Shown one piece after another: positions 45,264-54,379 of a stretch of 64,000 nt of DNA. The stretch comes from a virus (taxonomy: Duplodnaviria; Caudoviricetes). A program made the position numbers and the translations under genes. The stretch lies in the IMG/VR virus record IMGVR_UViG_3300033148_005588, positions 1-64,000 of that record; one strand, 5' to 3'. Numbering within the stretch: the stretch's first letter is position 1; every line of letters starts with the position of its first letter. The notes below the pieces were generated by a model. That model worked only from the letters and a program-made list of their open reading frames with translations. It searched no databases and had not been told where the DNA came from.

Positions 45264-45998
45264 CTACCTCTTAACAGCTTCATTGCTCCTGCTCCTTAGC
45301 CATAAAGATGGCGTAATGAACTTGGCGACTTCATCTGCCTTCCACTCTAAGCCCAAGTCATTTACCACCATCTGTAGCTCTATCAAGTCTCCGTTGATGG
45401 CCCTTTGGGGCCACACTTCATAGATTTTAAGCTTGGCATCAGCCATCTCCTCAAAACGTTTCTCGTGCTCTGCTACCCACCGCAGCCATCCCGATCGGCT
45501 TCTGTAGCCTCTCATGAAGGCTGTTTTAAAACAAGAGCGTACAATGTCCTCAGGGTGCCTGCGCACAATAATCCACTGTGCCTCTGGGAAAGCCTCTGCC
45601 CATAGGGGCCAAAAGAGGCATATCTTTGCTCCCTTGTAGAACCAAGGTCCCTCCTGGTAGCCTTGCTTAGCCACTGCGGAGAAAATCTCCTCCCGCCACA
45701 CCTCGGCCAACTGCCCCAAAGTGTAGGGCTTTTCCTTGTGCACAAGCAAGGGTTCTTCCTTAGCCTTATGGAACACCACAATATCAGGCAGAGGATTCTG
45801 ACCCATAGGGTCAAAGCCCATCTCTTTCAAGAAAGGCTTCACTAAATTTCGTACAATCTCTTTGTTCTCAAACATTCCCTTCTGGTTAAACCTGTTTGGG
45901 CCTCTCATCTCACCGCCCCAAGCTCCGCAGATATGAAGCGTACCAGCAACAAGAGAAGTCCCAGACCTAGCTGCTCCTGTCACAAGAATTGGATCCAT
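45264..45998 (-). CDS. sulfotransferase family protein
   Basis: ILVTGAARSGTS (PAPS 5'-phosphosulfate motif), FPEAQWIIVRRHP.D..RS (3' motif). Confidence 0.85.
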   Translation of the reverse strand: MDPILVTGAARSGTSLVAGTLHICGAWGGEMRGPNRFNQKGMFENKEIVRNLVKPFLKEMGFDPMGQNPLPDIVVFHKAKEEPLLVHKEKPYTLGQLAEVWREEIFSAVAKQGYQEGPWFYKGAKICLFWPLWAEAFPEAQWIIVRRHPEDIVRSCFKTAFMRGYRSRSGWLRWVAEHEKRFEEMADAKLKIYEVWPQRAINGDLIELQMVVNDLGLEWKADEVAKFITPSLWLRSRSNEAVKR

Positions 45999-46000
45999 GG

Positions 46001-46363
46001 TTAGGCTCCTCCTCCTTCTTCTTCAAATTCTTCATATTTACTCACAGTCCACAGATAACCGCCCCTCCTATGGACAAGAATTAAGTCTTCCCCAAACAAG
46101 GACTCGAAATATCGTCTTATAAAATCTGTAGGTGCAACACAAACGATTATTGGCACCACCCCCGCTTTGTGTATTGCTCTGGCGTAAGTGGCTAAAGTCA
46201 CCAAGTGTCTATGGATGCCTTCCTGTGTAAAGTTATAGTTCCCTGTCTCCTGCCTCAAATAGTGGCTGTCCAGGATAACTGATGGCTGATTCAACTTGGA
46301 TTGTATCTCAGCCGCCATCTTTGTTTTGCCTGTACCAGGTTTACCGATAATCAAGCATACCAC
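46001..46363 (-). CDS. adenylyl-sulfate (APS) kinase-like P-loop protein
   Basis: GKPGTGKT, ILDSHYLRQ..FT.EG..A..G..I..VAP; CysC-like but short. Confidence 0.65.
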   Translation of the reverse strand: MVCLIIGKPGTGKTKMAAEIQSKLNQPSVILDSHYLRQETGNYNFTQEGIHRHLVTLATYARAIHKAGVVPIIVCVAPTDFIRRYFESLFGEDLILVHRRGGYLWTVSKYEEFEEEGGGA

Positions 46364-46799
46364 GGCTTTGCCACCTCTCTGGTTCTACAACTTTTACCAT
46401 TTCTCCCAAGTCCAAACTCTCTTTCCCAAGCCACCTTTTCAAGTACACAGCTGTGGACTCTCTGTCCAACAGAGTCAAAGAGTAATCAATTGTGGCAACC
46501 TTCACGCCTGCCTCTCGCAAGGCAGCCTTTGTCTCATCTACAGCATCCAGCAAACGACCCCTTCTCACCTTCCTTAATCCGTAGTGCGGTAAGGCGCCAA
46601 ACGTCTCCTTCAATATGTCTTCCAAGTATCTCTCCGCTACAATTACTGCCACTTGCTGAGGAGGATGCTTGATTGCCTCTCTTACAGCCTTTCTCAGGGG
46701 GAGCTCCTCTACTAGCCCATCATATCCACCATTCTTCAGCATACGGACGACTAGAGACTTACCTGCTTTCTTCAAACCTGTAACAATAATGTGCTTCAC
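46341..46799 (-). CDS. degenerate sulfotransferase-like protein
   Basis: IVTGLKKAGKSLVVRMLKNGG resembles the GLPRSGTS.M.ML..GG family; C-terminal L..LG..LD..M..VV.P. Confidence 0.45.
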   Translation of the reverse strand: MKHIIVTGLKKAGKSLVVRMLKNGGYDGLVEELPLRKAVREAIKHPPQQVAVIVAERYLEDILKETFGALPHYGLRKVRRGRLLDAVDETKAALREAGVKVATIDYSLTLLDRESTAVYLKRWLGKESLDLGEMVKVVEPERWQSRGMLDYR

Positions 46800-47197
46800 G
46801 TCAGCATCTCCTCCCTCTCTGTGTCTTCCTTACGTCGTATGATAAAGTTCGCTTCACACCATCCCGGATGAAAGGGATACCTTGAATCTCCCTCAAAATC
46901 ATTATGGGTGATGTAGAGAAATGTACAGCTAGTGATCTTCTTTACCATTGCCCGCAGGGACTCATAAGGCGTAGTGGCAGCAACAACTACCAAGTATCCC
47001 TTTGCCTCTATCTTTCTTGCCAGTAGGGCAAGCTGCTCATAGTCCCCCTTCTCATAATCGCACTCGTCTGTTCGCTCCAACCCAGGCAAAAACTGCTTCA
47101 TCCAATCTGAGTCCAAGAACACAGTATTCTTGCCCAAGAGCTTTTTAGCTTGTGTTGTCTTGCCCGATCGCCTCTGCCCAAACACCCAAAAGATCAT
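46796..47197 (-). CDS. second APS-kinase-like P-loop protein
   Basis: IFWVFGQRRSGKTT, FLDSD.MK, LA..GY.VVVA.TPY..R. Confidence 0.65.
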   Translation of the reverse strand: MIFWVFGQRRSGKTTQAKKLLGKNTVFLDSDWMKQFLPGLERTDECDYEKGDYEQLALLARKIEAKGYLVVVAATTPYESLRAMVKKITSCTFLYITHNDFEGDSRYPFHPGWCEANFIIRRKEDTEREEMLT

Positions 47198-47424
47198 TCT
47201 TTCTCCTCCTCCTCTTCTTCTTTCTTCTTTATGCCTGTGAGTGTTGCAGTGAAGCGCAGCCTGCCCTCGTTCACATAAGACACCCGATAAACCGCTCTGC
47301 CAAGAATGACTGGTGCGCCAACCTTTGGCAACAAAGTCTGCTTCTTCTTGTTAGGCAACTTCTCAATCTTTGGCATAAGACTTGCCTCATCATCTTCTTT
47401 ATGCCACCTTTGAGCCTTCAACAC
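47194..47424 (-). CDS. hypothetical protein
   Basis: Coupled ORF. Confidence 0.45.
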   Translation of the reverse strand: MLKAQRWHKEDDEASLMPKIEKLPNKKKQTLLPKVGAPVILGRAVYRVSYVNEGRLRFTATLTGIKKKEEEEEEKE

Positions 47425-48175
47425 CCTTCCTCCATTTGCTTAAGAAATAACGCTCATTCCGCTTGAGCAGCATTTTGTACTTGCTCCGCTCTATGATAAG
47501 ACTGAGCTTTGGATGCTCTTGGTGGAGCACCACCAAATCATCCCTGTACACAAAAGGTATGCCAGCATCCATTACTTTCTCCCTGAAATCATCATCATCA
47601 TACGCTACACCATGAGCATATTCCTCATCAAACCCCTCAATACCCTGGTAGTTGTCCCTGCTAATGGCAGAACAAAAGTGGTATCCTACGTTGCGCCTTT
47701 TGCTATGCTGATACCAGCGCAAGAGCTTATACTCAAAACTCTCAGGGGCATAAAAGATTCTTCTAGGCCGGATATGTTTACAAGCACAAACAACATACAG
47801 AGAGGAGCTTCTGCTGAACTCTTGATCCAACCCTGCCAATATGTCAGTAGTGTGGATACACTCCGGACTAGTCAAGATAAAGTAATCTCCCCTAGCAGCG
47901 TCTGCTGCCTGGTTAAAGAGAGGAGCAGGATTGTATGTGTCTTTCTCAGCCTCAGGCACAGTGATCAACATATAGGACACATAGCTTGCTATGACCTTGT
48001 TGAAAGCTGCATGGAACTTAGCATCTTTAACATTCTTAGCATCCTCTACAATGACCACTTCCCAATCCTTTCTACTACTGTAGAAGTGCCGAAATGAGGC
48101 CAAGGTATTGGCCAGCTGTGGGGCTCGGTTCCAATATGGCATCAGTATGCTGTATTTAATCCCCAACAATCCCAA
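47399..48175 (-). CDS. GT2-family glycosyltransferase
   Basis: SILMPYWNR, EVVIVED, NQAA..A.GD, GFDEEY..G.AYDDDDF. Confidence 0.85.
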   Translation of the reverse strand: MGLLGIKYSILMPYWNRAPQLANTLASFRHFYSSRKDWEVVIVEDAKNVKDAKFHAAFNKVIASYVSYMLITVPEAEKDTYNPAPLFNQAADAARGDYFILTSPECIHTTDILAGLDQEFSRSSSLYVVCACKHIRPRRIFYAPESFEYKLLRWYQHSKRRNVGYHFCSAISRDNYQGIEGFDEEYAHGVAYDDDDFREKVMDAGIPFVYRDDLVVLHQEHPKLSLIIERSKYKMLLKRNERYFLSKWRKGVEGSKVA

Positions 48176-49034
48176 GCATCCTCCTCAGCAAGACAGACGT
48201 TTTGGCTTTATCTTGTATGTTTCTCTCAGTCACCGTATACTCCATTTGGCTGCTAGCTTTATGGCCTGCGTACCAATGAAGACCAATTGTCTCTGGCGGC
48301 AAAGACAAAGGCTGCTGCCTGTAGTACCGATGAGCATTTCTCACAGGGTACACAACCTCAGAAGGCAAGAGAGACACTACTGGATCATCAGACGCCGAGG
48401 ACAACTTTTCCGATAGCATTTGCTCCAGCAGAAACCGCCCAAAGGTCTGATACCCTCTGATAGACTTAGGATCATACTTCAAGAGCTTCTTGCCTCGCTC
48501 GAAAACCTCTTCATAGAAGCTTTGTCCTGCGCCTTCTCCAGCTCCAAGAAATCCTATTGGGTAAACAAGCCTTCTGTCTTTTTTGTAGGTACAAAAGAAA
48601 AGGTCTGCCTCTGTGGCAAGCAGCGGCATCAGCTCACTCATAGGTTTTATGTACACAATATCAAAATCACTCCACACACCAGCAAAGGTAGAAAACAAGT
48701 ACCAGCGCAGCAAATCAGACTTGTGCACCTCTGCTACCCTCTTTCTTATGCCAAGAGAGTAAAAGCTCACTTCTACCAGCTCAACTCTCTCCAGCGTCTG
48801 GAGCTTGCTGAAATAGTTTGAGTAGTTCCTAGGCACCCGACAACCCACTTGCTCTTTGGTGCTCCAAGTTTCTCCTCTCCCCTTGTCCCGGGAGTAGTAT
48901 ATGTGAACTTCCCAGTCAGGATTCAGACTAACAAAGCTCTTCACAGTCAAATACCGCATAAGGGACAGCGGCCTATTGCGGCCCCAATACAAAAACAGCC
49001 TCTTAGGAATCTTCTCACAGGCCCACCTACTCAT
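48156..49034 (-). CDS. GT32-like (DXD, Gly_transf_sug) glycosyltransferase
   Basis: IPKRLFLYW, SF..LNPDWEV, KSDLLRW..GVWSDFDI. Confidence 0.85.
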   Translation of the reverse strand: MSRWACEKIPKRLFLYWGRNRPLSLMRYLTVKSFVSLNPDWEVHIYYSRDKGRGETWSTKEQVGCRVPRNYSNYFSKLQTLERVELVEVSFYSLGIRKRVAEVHKSDLLRWYLFSTFAGVWSDFDIVYIKPMSELMPLLATEADLFFCTYKKDRRLVYPIGFLGAGEGAGQSFYEEVFERGKKLLKYDPKSIRGYQTFGRFLLEQMLSEKLSSASDDPVVSLLPSEVVYPVRNAHRYYRQQPLSLPPETIGLHWYAGHKASSQMEYTVTERNIQDKAKTSVLLRRMLGIVGD

Positions 49035-49585
49035 CTCTTCTTACCTCTCTCCATAATGTATGTTCCTACCAAAACAGAACCTGCTCTGTTCCACCCTTGG
49101 TGAAGGCGCTTGAATCCTAAAGCAACCAACTCCCTATGTGTCCATTGATATCTATGGGTCTCATAAGGGTTTCCATAGACGCTTCCATCTTGCTCACAAG
49201 GCGTAATAGGAATTGTTAGAAAGACAGCTTCCAACTTGCTGCCTTTCTGCCCTAATAGTTCTTTCAGCTTAAAGACAAGCACAGTAGCGTCTTCATAAGG
49301 CAAGTGCTCCAACACATCTCCAAGGATTATAATGTGATAATTGCCAAAGCGATCAAATTCTCTTATGTCCATTGCATAAACCACATCATAAACCTCTCTA
49401 AGTTTGTATTTGTTAATGTATGGCTTCCAAATTTCCACTCCATCTATTTTAGCAACATTCCCACAAAGCAGCCTTCCCCACTTTCCTGCTCCAGCACCAA
49501 TATCCAAAATGGCTCTCTTGGGATTAGCCAAAATGCTCTGGAGCATAATCTTTTCACCTTCCCTTGGTTGCTCGGACATAGGCAT
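49031..49585 (-). CDS. class I SAM-dependent methyltransferase
   Basis: ILDIGAGAGKWG, DGVEIW, GDVLEH. Confidence 0.85.
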   Translation of the reverse strand: MPMSEQPREGEKIMLQSILANPKRAILDIGAGAGKWGRLLCGNVAKIDGVEIWKPYINKYKLREVYDVVYAMDIREFDRFGNYHIIILGDVLEHLPYEDATVLVFKLKELLGQKGSKLEAVFLTIPITPCEQDGSVYGNPYETHRYQWTHRELVALGFKRLHQGWNRAGSVLVGTYIMERGKKR

Positions 49586-49592
49586 CTGTGCT

Positions 49593-49877
49593 TTACTCCT
49601 CTGGCAAATTGTAAGTTCTTACCTCAGCAGTCGCCCCTAAGCTGCCTCTCTCTATGGCTTCAGCCAAGCGCCTATTGATCTCATCTCTCAAGCGTACTCG
49701 TTGTTCTCCGGCCTTCCGTGCCTTAAACTCTAAGAGAGAAATCTTTTTATGGTTTGGATTTGGCTTCCTTCTCTCTGCCAATATTGCCATGTTACTATCG
49801 TAGCACTTTATGTTCTCTATCGAGAGCTTGTCTATTAGCTCTCCTATAGAACAAATGAAATCGTAAGCCTCCCTCAT
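49593..49877 (-). CDS. small coiled-coil protein (DUF4254-like)
   Basis: SIGELIDKLSIENIK..R..L..EIN pattern seen in glycan loci. Confidence 0.55.
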   Translation of the reverse strand: MREAYDFICSIGELIDKLSIENIKCYDSNMAILAERRKPNPNHKKISLLEFKARKAGEQRVRLRDEINRRLAEAIERGSLGATAEVRTYNLPEE

Positions 49878-49879
49878 AC

Positions 49880-50677
49880 CTATTCCTTTCGCATGTGACC
49901 AAATTCTTTTGTCCGTTTAAAGTGCCTCCGCTCTCCTGCCTCTTGGTGATACACAATGGAAGACCTGCTCATCACAAACCTAGCTCCGGCCTCGTGGCAA
50001 CGCTGAAAAAATCTCACATCAGGTGCTCTAGGTCTATCTTCCGCTAATTCCAACTCCCAAGGCCCATACAACTCCCACCACTTCTTATTAAATACATAAG
50101 GAAAACCAAGGGCACTGCGCCAGCTTCCTCGCTCTTCTTCTGTCTCTAAACGATTAGCATAGAGTCGCCTATAAAGAAGCAGAAATTGCTCCTCATCAAA
50201 CTCTCCTTCTCTTACAGCTCCCAAATCAGCTGTTATGACGCAGTTACTTCTTATTGGGCTTAAGAGCATGGAACTAACAATAATATTCTCATCAATGTAC
50301 TTGAGCAAATTAGCTAACCAGTTTCTACCAAAGTAAACATCAGAATTGACAAGGCAAGCATACTCATTCAATTCAAAACAACAATCTAAAGCCTCATTAA
50401 TCATAGCTCTTATATTCGGTATGTATCCTATGTTGCTGTCTTCTGTATAAGTTAAGTGATGTAGATGGCAGAAGCTCTTTAAACGATCAAGGTACTCCAA
50501 TAGACGATCTGGTGCTTTCCATGTCACAACTACATAATCAATATTCTCAGTAGGGACACCTGCATTCTCAAACAAAGATGTAGTGCTGTAGCGAAACATC
50601 TCATAGTCCAGTGAGATCATATTGCCTACTGAGATGCGTCTTTCAGTACGCTTCTTATCAGACTCGTTATGGTGCAT
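49880..50677 (-). CDS. GT2-like glycosyltransferase
   Basis: N..LD, LVNSDVYF..WL, D..FF..C, S.VYH motifs. Confidence 0.65.
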   Translation of the reverse strand: MHHNESDKKRTERRISVGNMISLDYEMFRYSTTSLFENAGVPTENIDYVVVTWKAPDRLLEYLDRLKSFCHLHHLTYTEDSNIGYIPNIRAMINEALDCCFELNEYACLVNSDVYFGRNWLANLLKYIDENIIVSSMLLSPIRSNCVITADLGAVREGEFDEEQFLLLYRRLYANRLETEEERGSWRSALGFPYVFNKKWWELYGPWELELAEDRPRAPDVRFFQRCHEAGARFVMSRSSIVYHQEAGERRHFKRTKEFGHMRKE

Positions 50678-51453
50678 CGGTTTCTCTTATCCCAATAGTT
50701 TGATCTGGTAATTCTATTGTTGAAATCTTGATTGTTGCCCGCATACCAATGAACACCAATTGTTTCCTCTGGCAACTTAACTCTTCTGTGAAACAAAAGT
50801 CTTCTGTATCTCTTTTGCGCTTGTGTGTCGGCAAAAGGAAAAACAATCTTAGGGTCTAACCACTTCACCTTCTTCAACCTAAGTAACAACCACACCTTAT
50901 CCGGAGAAAACAAAGGAGCTCCTAAGCATTCATAGGTTCCAGTAGTGGCAGCAAGTGCCTCTTTATACATATCAAGAAAAAACTCATCTCCTCCCTCTTT
51001 TGCTCGCATAAACGAAACAGTAACGTAACCAGGCAATGGGTACTGCCTGAAACGAATCAACTCTACATTAGCCTCTGTCTCTGGCAAAGGCCGAAAATAC
51101 AGTATGTCTGTGTCGCTCACTGTGCCTCCATGAAAAGCCAATATATACCAAGAAAGCAAATCGCTCGTGTAGATGTCGTTATATCTCAACTCTGCTACCT
51201 CTTTGCAAAAGTCTTCCAGATAGACAATCTGTATCAAACCCTGATCCTTCAACCTGAAAACATTAGGAAGATAATCAGGCCCTTTATAAGTGCTGAAGTC
51301 CTGCTTGACTTCCCACTCACTTACCAAGGGCTGCTCTCTTAGAACTTCTCTGCGTAGTACAAGAGATACTTGCTCGTTGTATTTACAAGCAGAGTACAAA
51401 CTCATGTATCTAAGAAAGCTCAGCTTTTGTCCTCCCCAATAGAAATAAATCAT
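50626..51453 (-). CDS. second GT32-like glycosyltransferase
   Basis: YFYWGG..LSFLRYMS, SDLLSW..GG..SDTDILY; paralogous to 48156..49034. Confidence 0.8.
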   Translation of the reverse strand: MIYFYWGGQKLSFLRYMSLYSACKYNEQVSLVLRREVLREQPLVSEWEVKQDFSTYKGPDYLPNVFRLKDQGLIQIVYLEDFCKEVAELRYNDIYTSDLLSWYILAFHGGTVSDTDILYFRPLPETEANVELIRFRQYPLPGYVTVSFMRAKEGGDEFFLDMYKEALAATTGTYECLGAPLFSPDKVWLLLRLKKVKWLDPKIVFPFADTQAQKRYRRLLFHRRVKLPEETIGVHWYAGNNQDFNNRITRSNYWDKRNRCTITSLIRSVLKDASQ

Positions 51454-52415
51454 ACATGATCCCTATGATCCAATTCTTTTCTCAACCCATCCAAGAAGTT
51501 ATTGTAATCAGTATAATAACAGTATCTACACTTGCTACCATCAAAAGGCTCCTGATTGATCCAGTGCTTTATGTGAAGGTTCATCCTTGCTTCCAGGCTA
51601 TAATCTTTAACAGAACTAAGCCCAGCATATTGTATTCCACAACAAGGATAAAGAAAACCATCAGCCGCAACAACAGGCTTTAACAAAGAAATCCAGCAAC
51701 GCTTTGTTCCTGGTCTGGGAGTCTTTCTATTCTGAAATAGAACAATCGGGTCTTTAGGCTCTTCTACTATAGGCACGTTCTCTATATCAAGTAAATTACT
51801 CACCACCCTAACATGAGTAAAATTATATTCTTTTGCCTTCTGGACGTACTTCTTGAGATTCTCTGGCTTATGGTCTCTTTTAACAACATAAGAAAAAGCC
51901 CAATCTACACCAGGAGCCTGCTTAATGGCCCTCTCCACCTTGCTCCACCAGCTATCGCTAAACTCTACTTCATCAGAGCACGAAATTCTACACCACAAGA
52001 CATTTGCCCAATCCAGTGCTCTCAAACGATCTATTACATCCCCGTTGGTCACCAGTCCTATGCTTATGCCCATCTCCGATAGACTATAGATAATATCAGC
52101 AATGCTAGGGTGCAAAAGTGGTTCTCCTCCTCCAGTAATAGTCACTGACCGACAGCCTAGCTTTTTAAACTCCTGCATAATTCTCAAGATTGCCTTAAAG
52201 GGCAGCTCCAAACTCTTATCTCTATCAGAGCAAGAGCAAAAGCGGCATTGCCTGGTGCATTTATTAGTAGGACACAGTTGCACATGAACAGGTGGTATGA
52301 ACTGTTTCTCCACAATGCTTTCAATGGTGCGGTAGTCTTGAGCCAGCTTCAAAGGGAATTGATCTGCTGCAGTGTAAGAATGTAATTTTTTCATCGCCAA
52401 TACTCCTTTACCCAC
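51450..52415 (-). CDS. radical SAM protein with SPASM/twitch-like C-terminus
   Basis: CTRQCRFC (CxxxCxxC), TGGGEPLL, TNG, C..DG..YPCC, CRYC. Confidence 0.9.
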   Translation of the reverse strand: MGKGVLAMKKLHSYTAADQFPLKLAQDYRTIESIVEKQFIPPVHVQLCPTNKCTRQCRFCSCSDRDKSLELPFKAILRIMQEFKKLGCRSVTITGGGEPLLHPSIADIIYSLSEMGISIGLVTNGDVIDRLRALDWANVLWCRISCSDEVEFSDSWWSKVERAIKQAPGVDWAFSYVVKRDHKPENLKKYVQKAKEYNFTHVRVVSNLLDIENVPIVEEPKDPIVLFQNRKTPRPGTKRCWISLLKPVVAADGFLYPCCGIQYAGLSSVKDYSLEARMNLHIKHWINQEPFDGSKCRYCYYTDYNNFLDGLRKELDHRDHV

Positions 52416-53026
52416 CCATCATCAACTTCATGGGGTAGTGGGCTTCCATGAAAGCAAACTATTGTGGCGTCGTCCGGGAGGCCTTCTCCTCTGCAATGGC
52501 GTTTATAGCTATAAACGTTAATAAGGCTCTGGATTGGCTTCATGGGAATCCTTAACCTCTTTGCCATATGGGCAATGTATTTTTGATCCCAAGAGAACAA
52601 GTCTATATGCTTTTCACGAAACCCGGATTGGATAGCTTTCAAAGAACCCATCCATGCCATAACACCACTAGCCCATCCAGCACGTCTAAAAGGTTTAAGC
52701 ATATACAGCACCTGTCCGTCTGACTCTTGGACTTCTTCTGCTATAGGAGTAATGTCGTTGACGATGATGGTGTCGAGATCAAAATAAATGCAAGGCCCCT
52801 CATAAGAGAAAACATCCACTTTGCCCCACCACTTTGGTTTATCACAAGGCACACAAGAGATTCCTGCTATCTGCTTATCAGTGAGACAAATAAACTCATG
52901 TTCCCAAAGCAAGTGTTGCTTGACCATATTTCTCAAACGATAAACATAGTCAGCGTTGTATTTCTCACCTACTTTAACACAAAGAACCTTGACTCTCACA
53001 GAGTGCCTCACAACAGACTGCTCCAA
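52391..53026 (-). CDS. glycosyltransferase (GT8-like, DXD)
   Basis: CVKVGEKY...YV..L..MV, WWGK..F, YFDLDTII, FHG.P.PH. Confidence 0.8.
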   Translation of the reverse strand: MEQSVVRHSVRVKVLCVKVGEKYNADYVYRLRNMVKQHLLWEHEFICLTDKQIAGISCVPCDKPKWWGKVDVFSYEGPCIYFDLDTIIVNDITPIAEEVQESDGQVLYMLKPFRRAGWASGVMAWMGSLKAIQSGFREKHIDLFSWDQKYIAHMAKRLRIPMKPIQSLINVYSYKRHCRGEGLPDDATIVCFHGSPLPHEVDDGWVKEYWR

Positions 53027-53244
53027 TACTTATCCTCCGGTTCTGGCTGTTCAGTAACAAACCCTATTTTTGAAACTGTGTTAGTATCAAAACGCAAAAA
53101 CCCTCTGTCAGCGCTTATATTCTCACTCTGCTCTTGTCCTTCTACTAAAGAGTTAAGCACCAGTTCAACTCTCTTAAGCACACAAGAGACATCTTTCAAT
53201 AGTTGTACCTGTTCCTGTTTGCTAATCACCATTGTCTCCTCCAA
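53008..53244 (-). CDS. hypothetical protein
   Basis: Coupled ORF. Confidence 0.4.
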   Translation of the reverse strand: MEETMVISKQEQVQLLKDVSCVLKRVELVLNSLVEGQEQSENISADRGFLRFDTNTVSKIGFVTEQPEPEDKYWSSLL

Positions 53245-53962
53245 TTTTCTCTTCTTTGGTTAAGTATTCTTCCAAGGTCATTATAGGAAATTGGTCAATA
53301 GCGCTTCCGGGTGTACAATTGACTATCTCCAAACCCAACCCCTCTGCCTCCTTGGCTATACGAGGGTAGTGCTGGAGAAATCTGGCATAAGGGTTTTTGT
53401 CAGGAGAGGGATGGTCATTGTGCCAATTGGTCTTCCCGTCCACTCTTCTCATATCAAACCCCAAGAGCACTACCCTCCTGGCTCCCAGGTGATAGGCAAA
53501 ATTGATTGCGCTTGAGCCGCTACAACCATTCCACGCTACATAGGTGGGCCTAGCTTCAATGCCTGCTGGCTTGCCTCTCTTGTATCCTACCATCGCGGTT
53601 TTATTCAAGAACTTTGGGACACAATGGGCAATAATACCAGGGTACTCTCGTAGTCCCAGGTGGATGTGCTGCTCAAACCACTTACTATCTCCAAACCAGC
53701 ATGCATCAACCCAGCTTCTAGGCTCATACCGGCAAGCTTTGCCTTCTGAGCCAGCACCAAGCACAGGGTCTCCGTAGGCGTTGTTTATGCCTATGATGCG
53801 CCTATTCCGTATCAGGCTCAGGTCTACTTGGTTTAACCCTGGCCCTCCGCCTAGAAGGAACACCACTGCTCCTTTCCACAGTTGAGGTAGTGGGGGCTGT
53901 GTCGTCATCTTCATCCTCTTGTTCCTCTTCCTCTTCTGTGGTAGTAGCCTCTGGCAAATCAA
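53222..53962 (-). CDS. DUF115/MAF-like glycan-associated protein
   Basis: LGGGPGL, IGINNAY, SGSSAINFAYHLGA..V.LLGFD, NCTPGS; true start probably at MKMTTQ. Confidence 0.7.
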   Translation of the reverse strand: MICQRLLPQKRKRNKRMKMTTQPPLPQLWKGAVVFLLGGGPGLNQVDLSLIRNRRIIGINNAYGDPVLGAGSEGKACRYEPRSWVDACWFGDSKWFEQHIHLGLREYPGIIAHCVPKFLNKTAMVGYKRGKPAGIEARPTYVAWNGCSGSSAINFAYHLGARRVVLLGFDMRRVDGKTNWHNDHPSPDKNPYARFLQHYPRIAKEAEGLGLEIVNCTPGSAIDQFPIMTLEEYLTKEEKIGGDNGD

Positions 53963-54305
53963 CCTCTCCTCTCACAAGAGCCTCAGCTTCCACCTTGTTC
54001 AAGTAGCCTTCATTGATCTGCTCTCCGGTTTCTTTGTTAATCACAACATACCGTCCAGCGCCTCGATGAATCATCTTGAGACTGATCTTTGGCTCAAACG
54101 CCGTCTCCGGTTCCTCAATAGCTTGAGCTTCCTCGGGATTAACAGGCTCCATTATGTCCAAGAAAGCCTTGACTCTGCTGGGCTGGGCATAGAAAGTGTC
54201 CCCAGCCCGCAAAGTCTTTCGCTTTCCTGTCTCTGGATCACGCATGTTAAACTTCCCACTAATCATCCTGTAAAGAATCTTCTCTTCTCCTCCAGCCATA
54301 GTCAT
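53802..54305 (-). CDS. hypothetical capsid-adjacent protein
   Basis: Directly after the MCP gene; SD AAGGAGG; acidic tail. Confidence 0.65.
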   Translation of the reverse strand: MTMAGGEEKILYRMISGKFNMRDPETGKRKTLRAGDTFYAQPSRVKAFLDIMEPVNPEEAQAIEEPETAFEPKISLKMIHRGAGRYVVINKETGEQINEGYLNKVEAEALVRGEVDLPEATTTEEEEEQEDEDDDTAPTTSTVERSSGVPSRRRARVKPSRPEPDTE

Positions 54306-54379
54306 GTTTCTCTGGCCTCCTTTCTCTTTGGTTAAGAGCTTAAGAGTTGTTAGTGCCTGTGTCTCTCCCTAGAGAGAGA

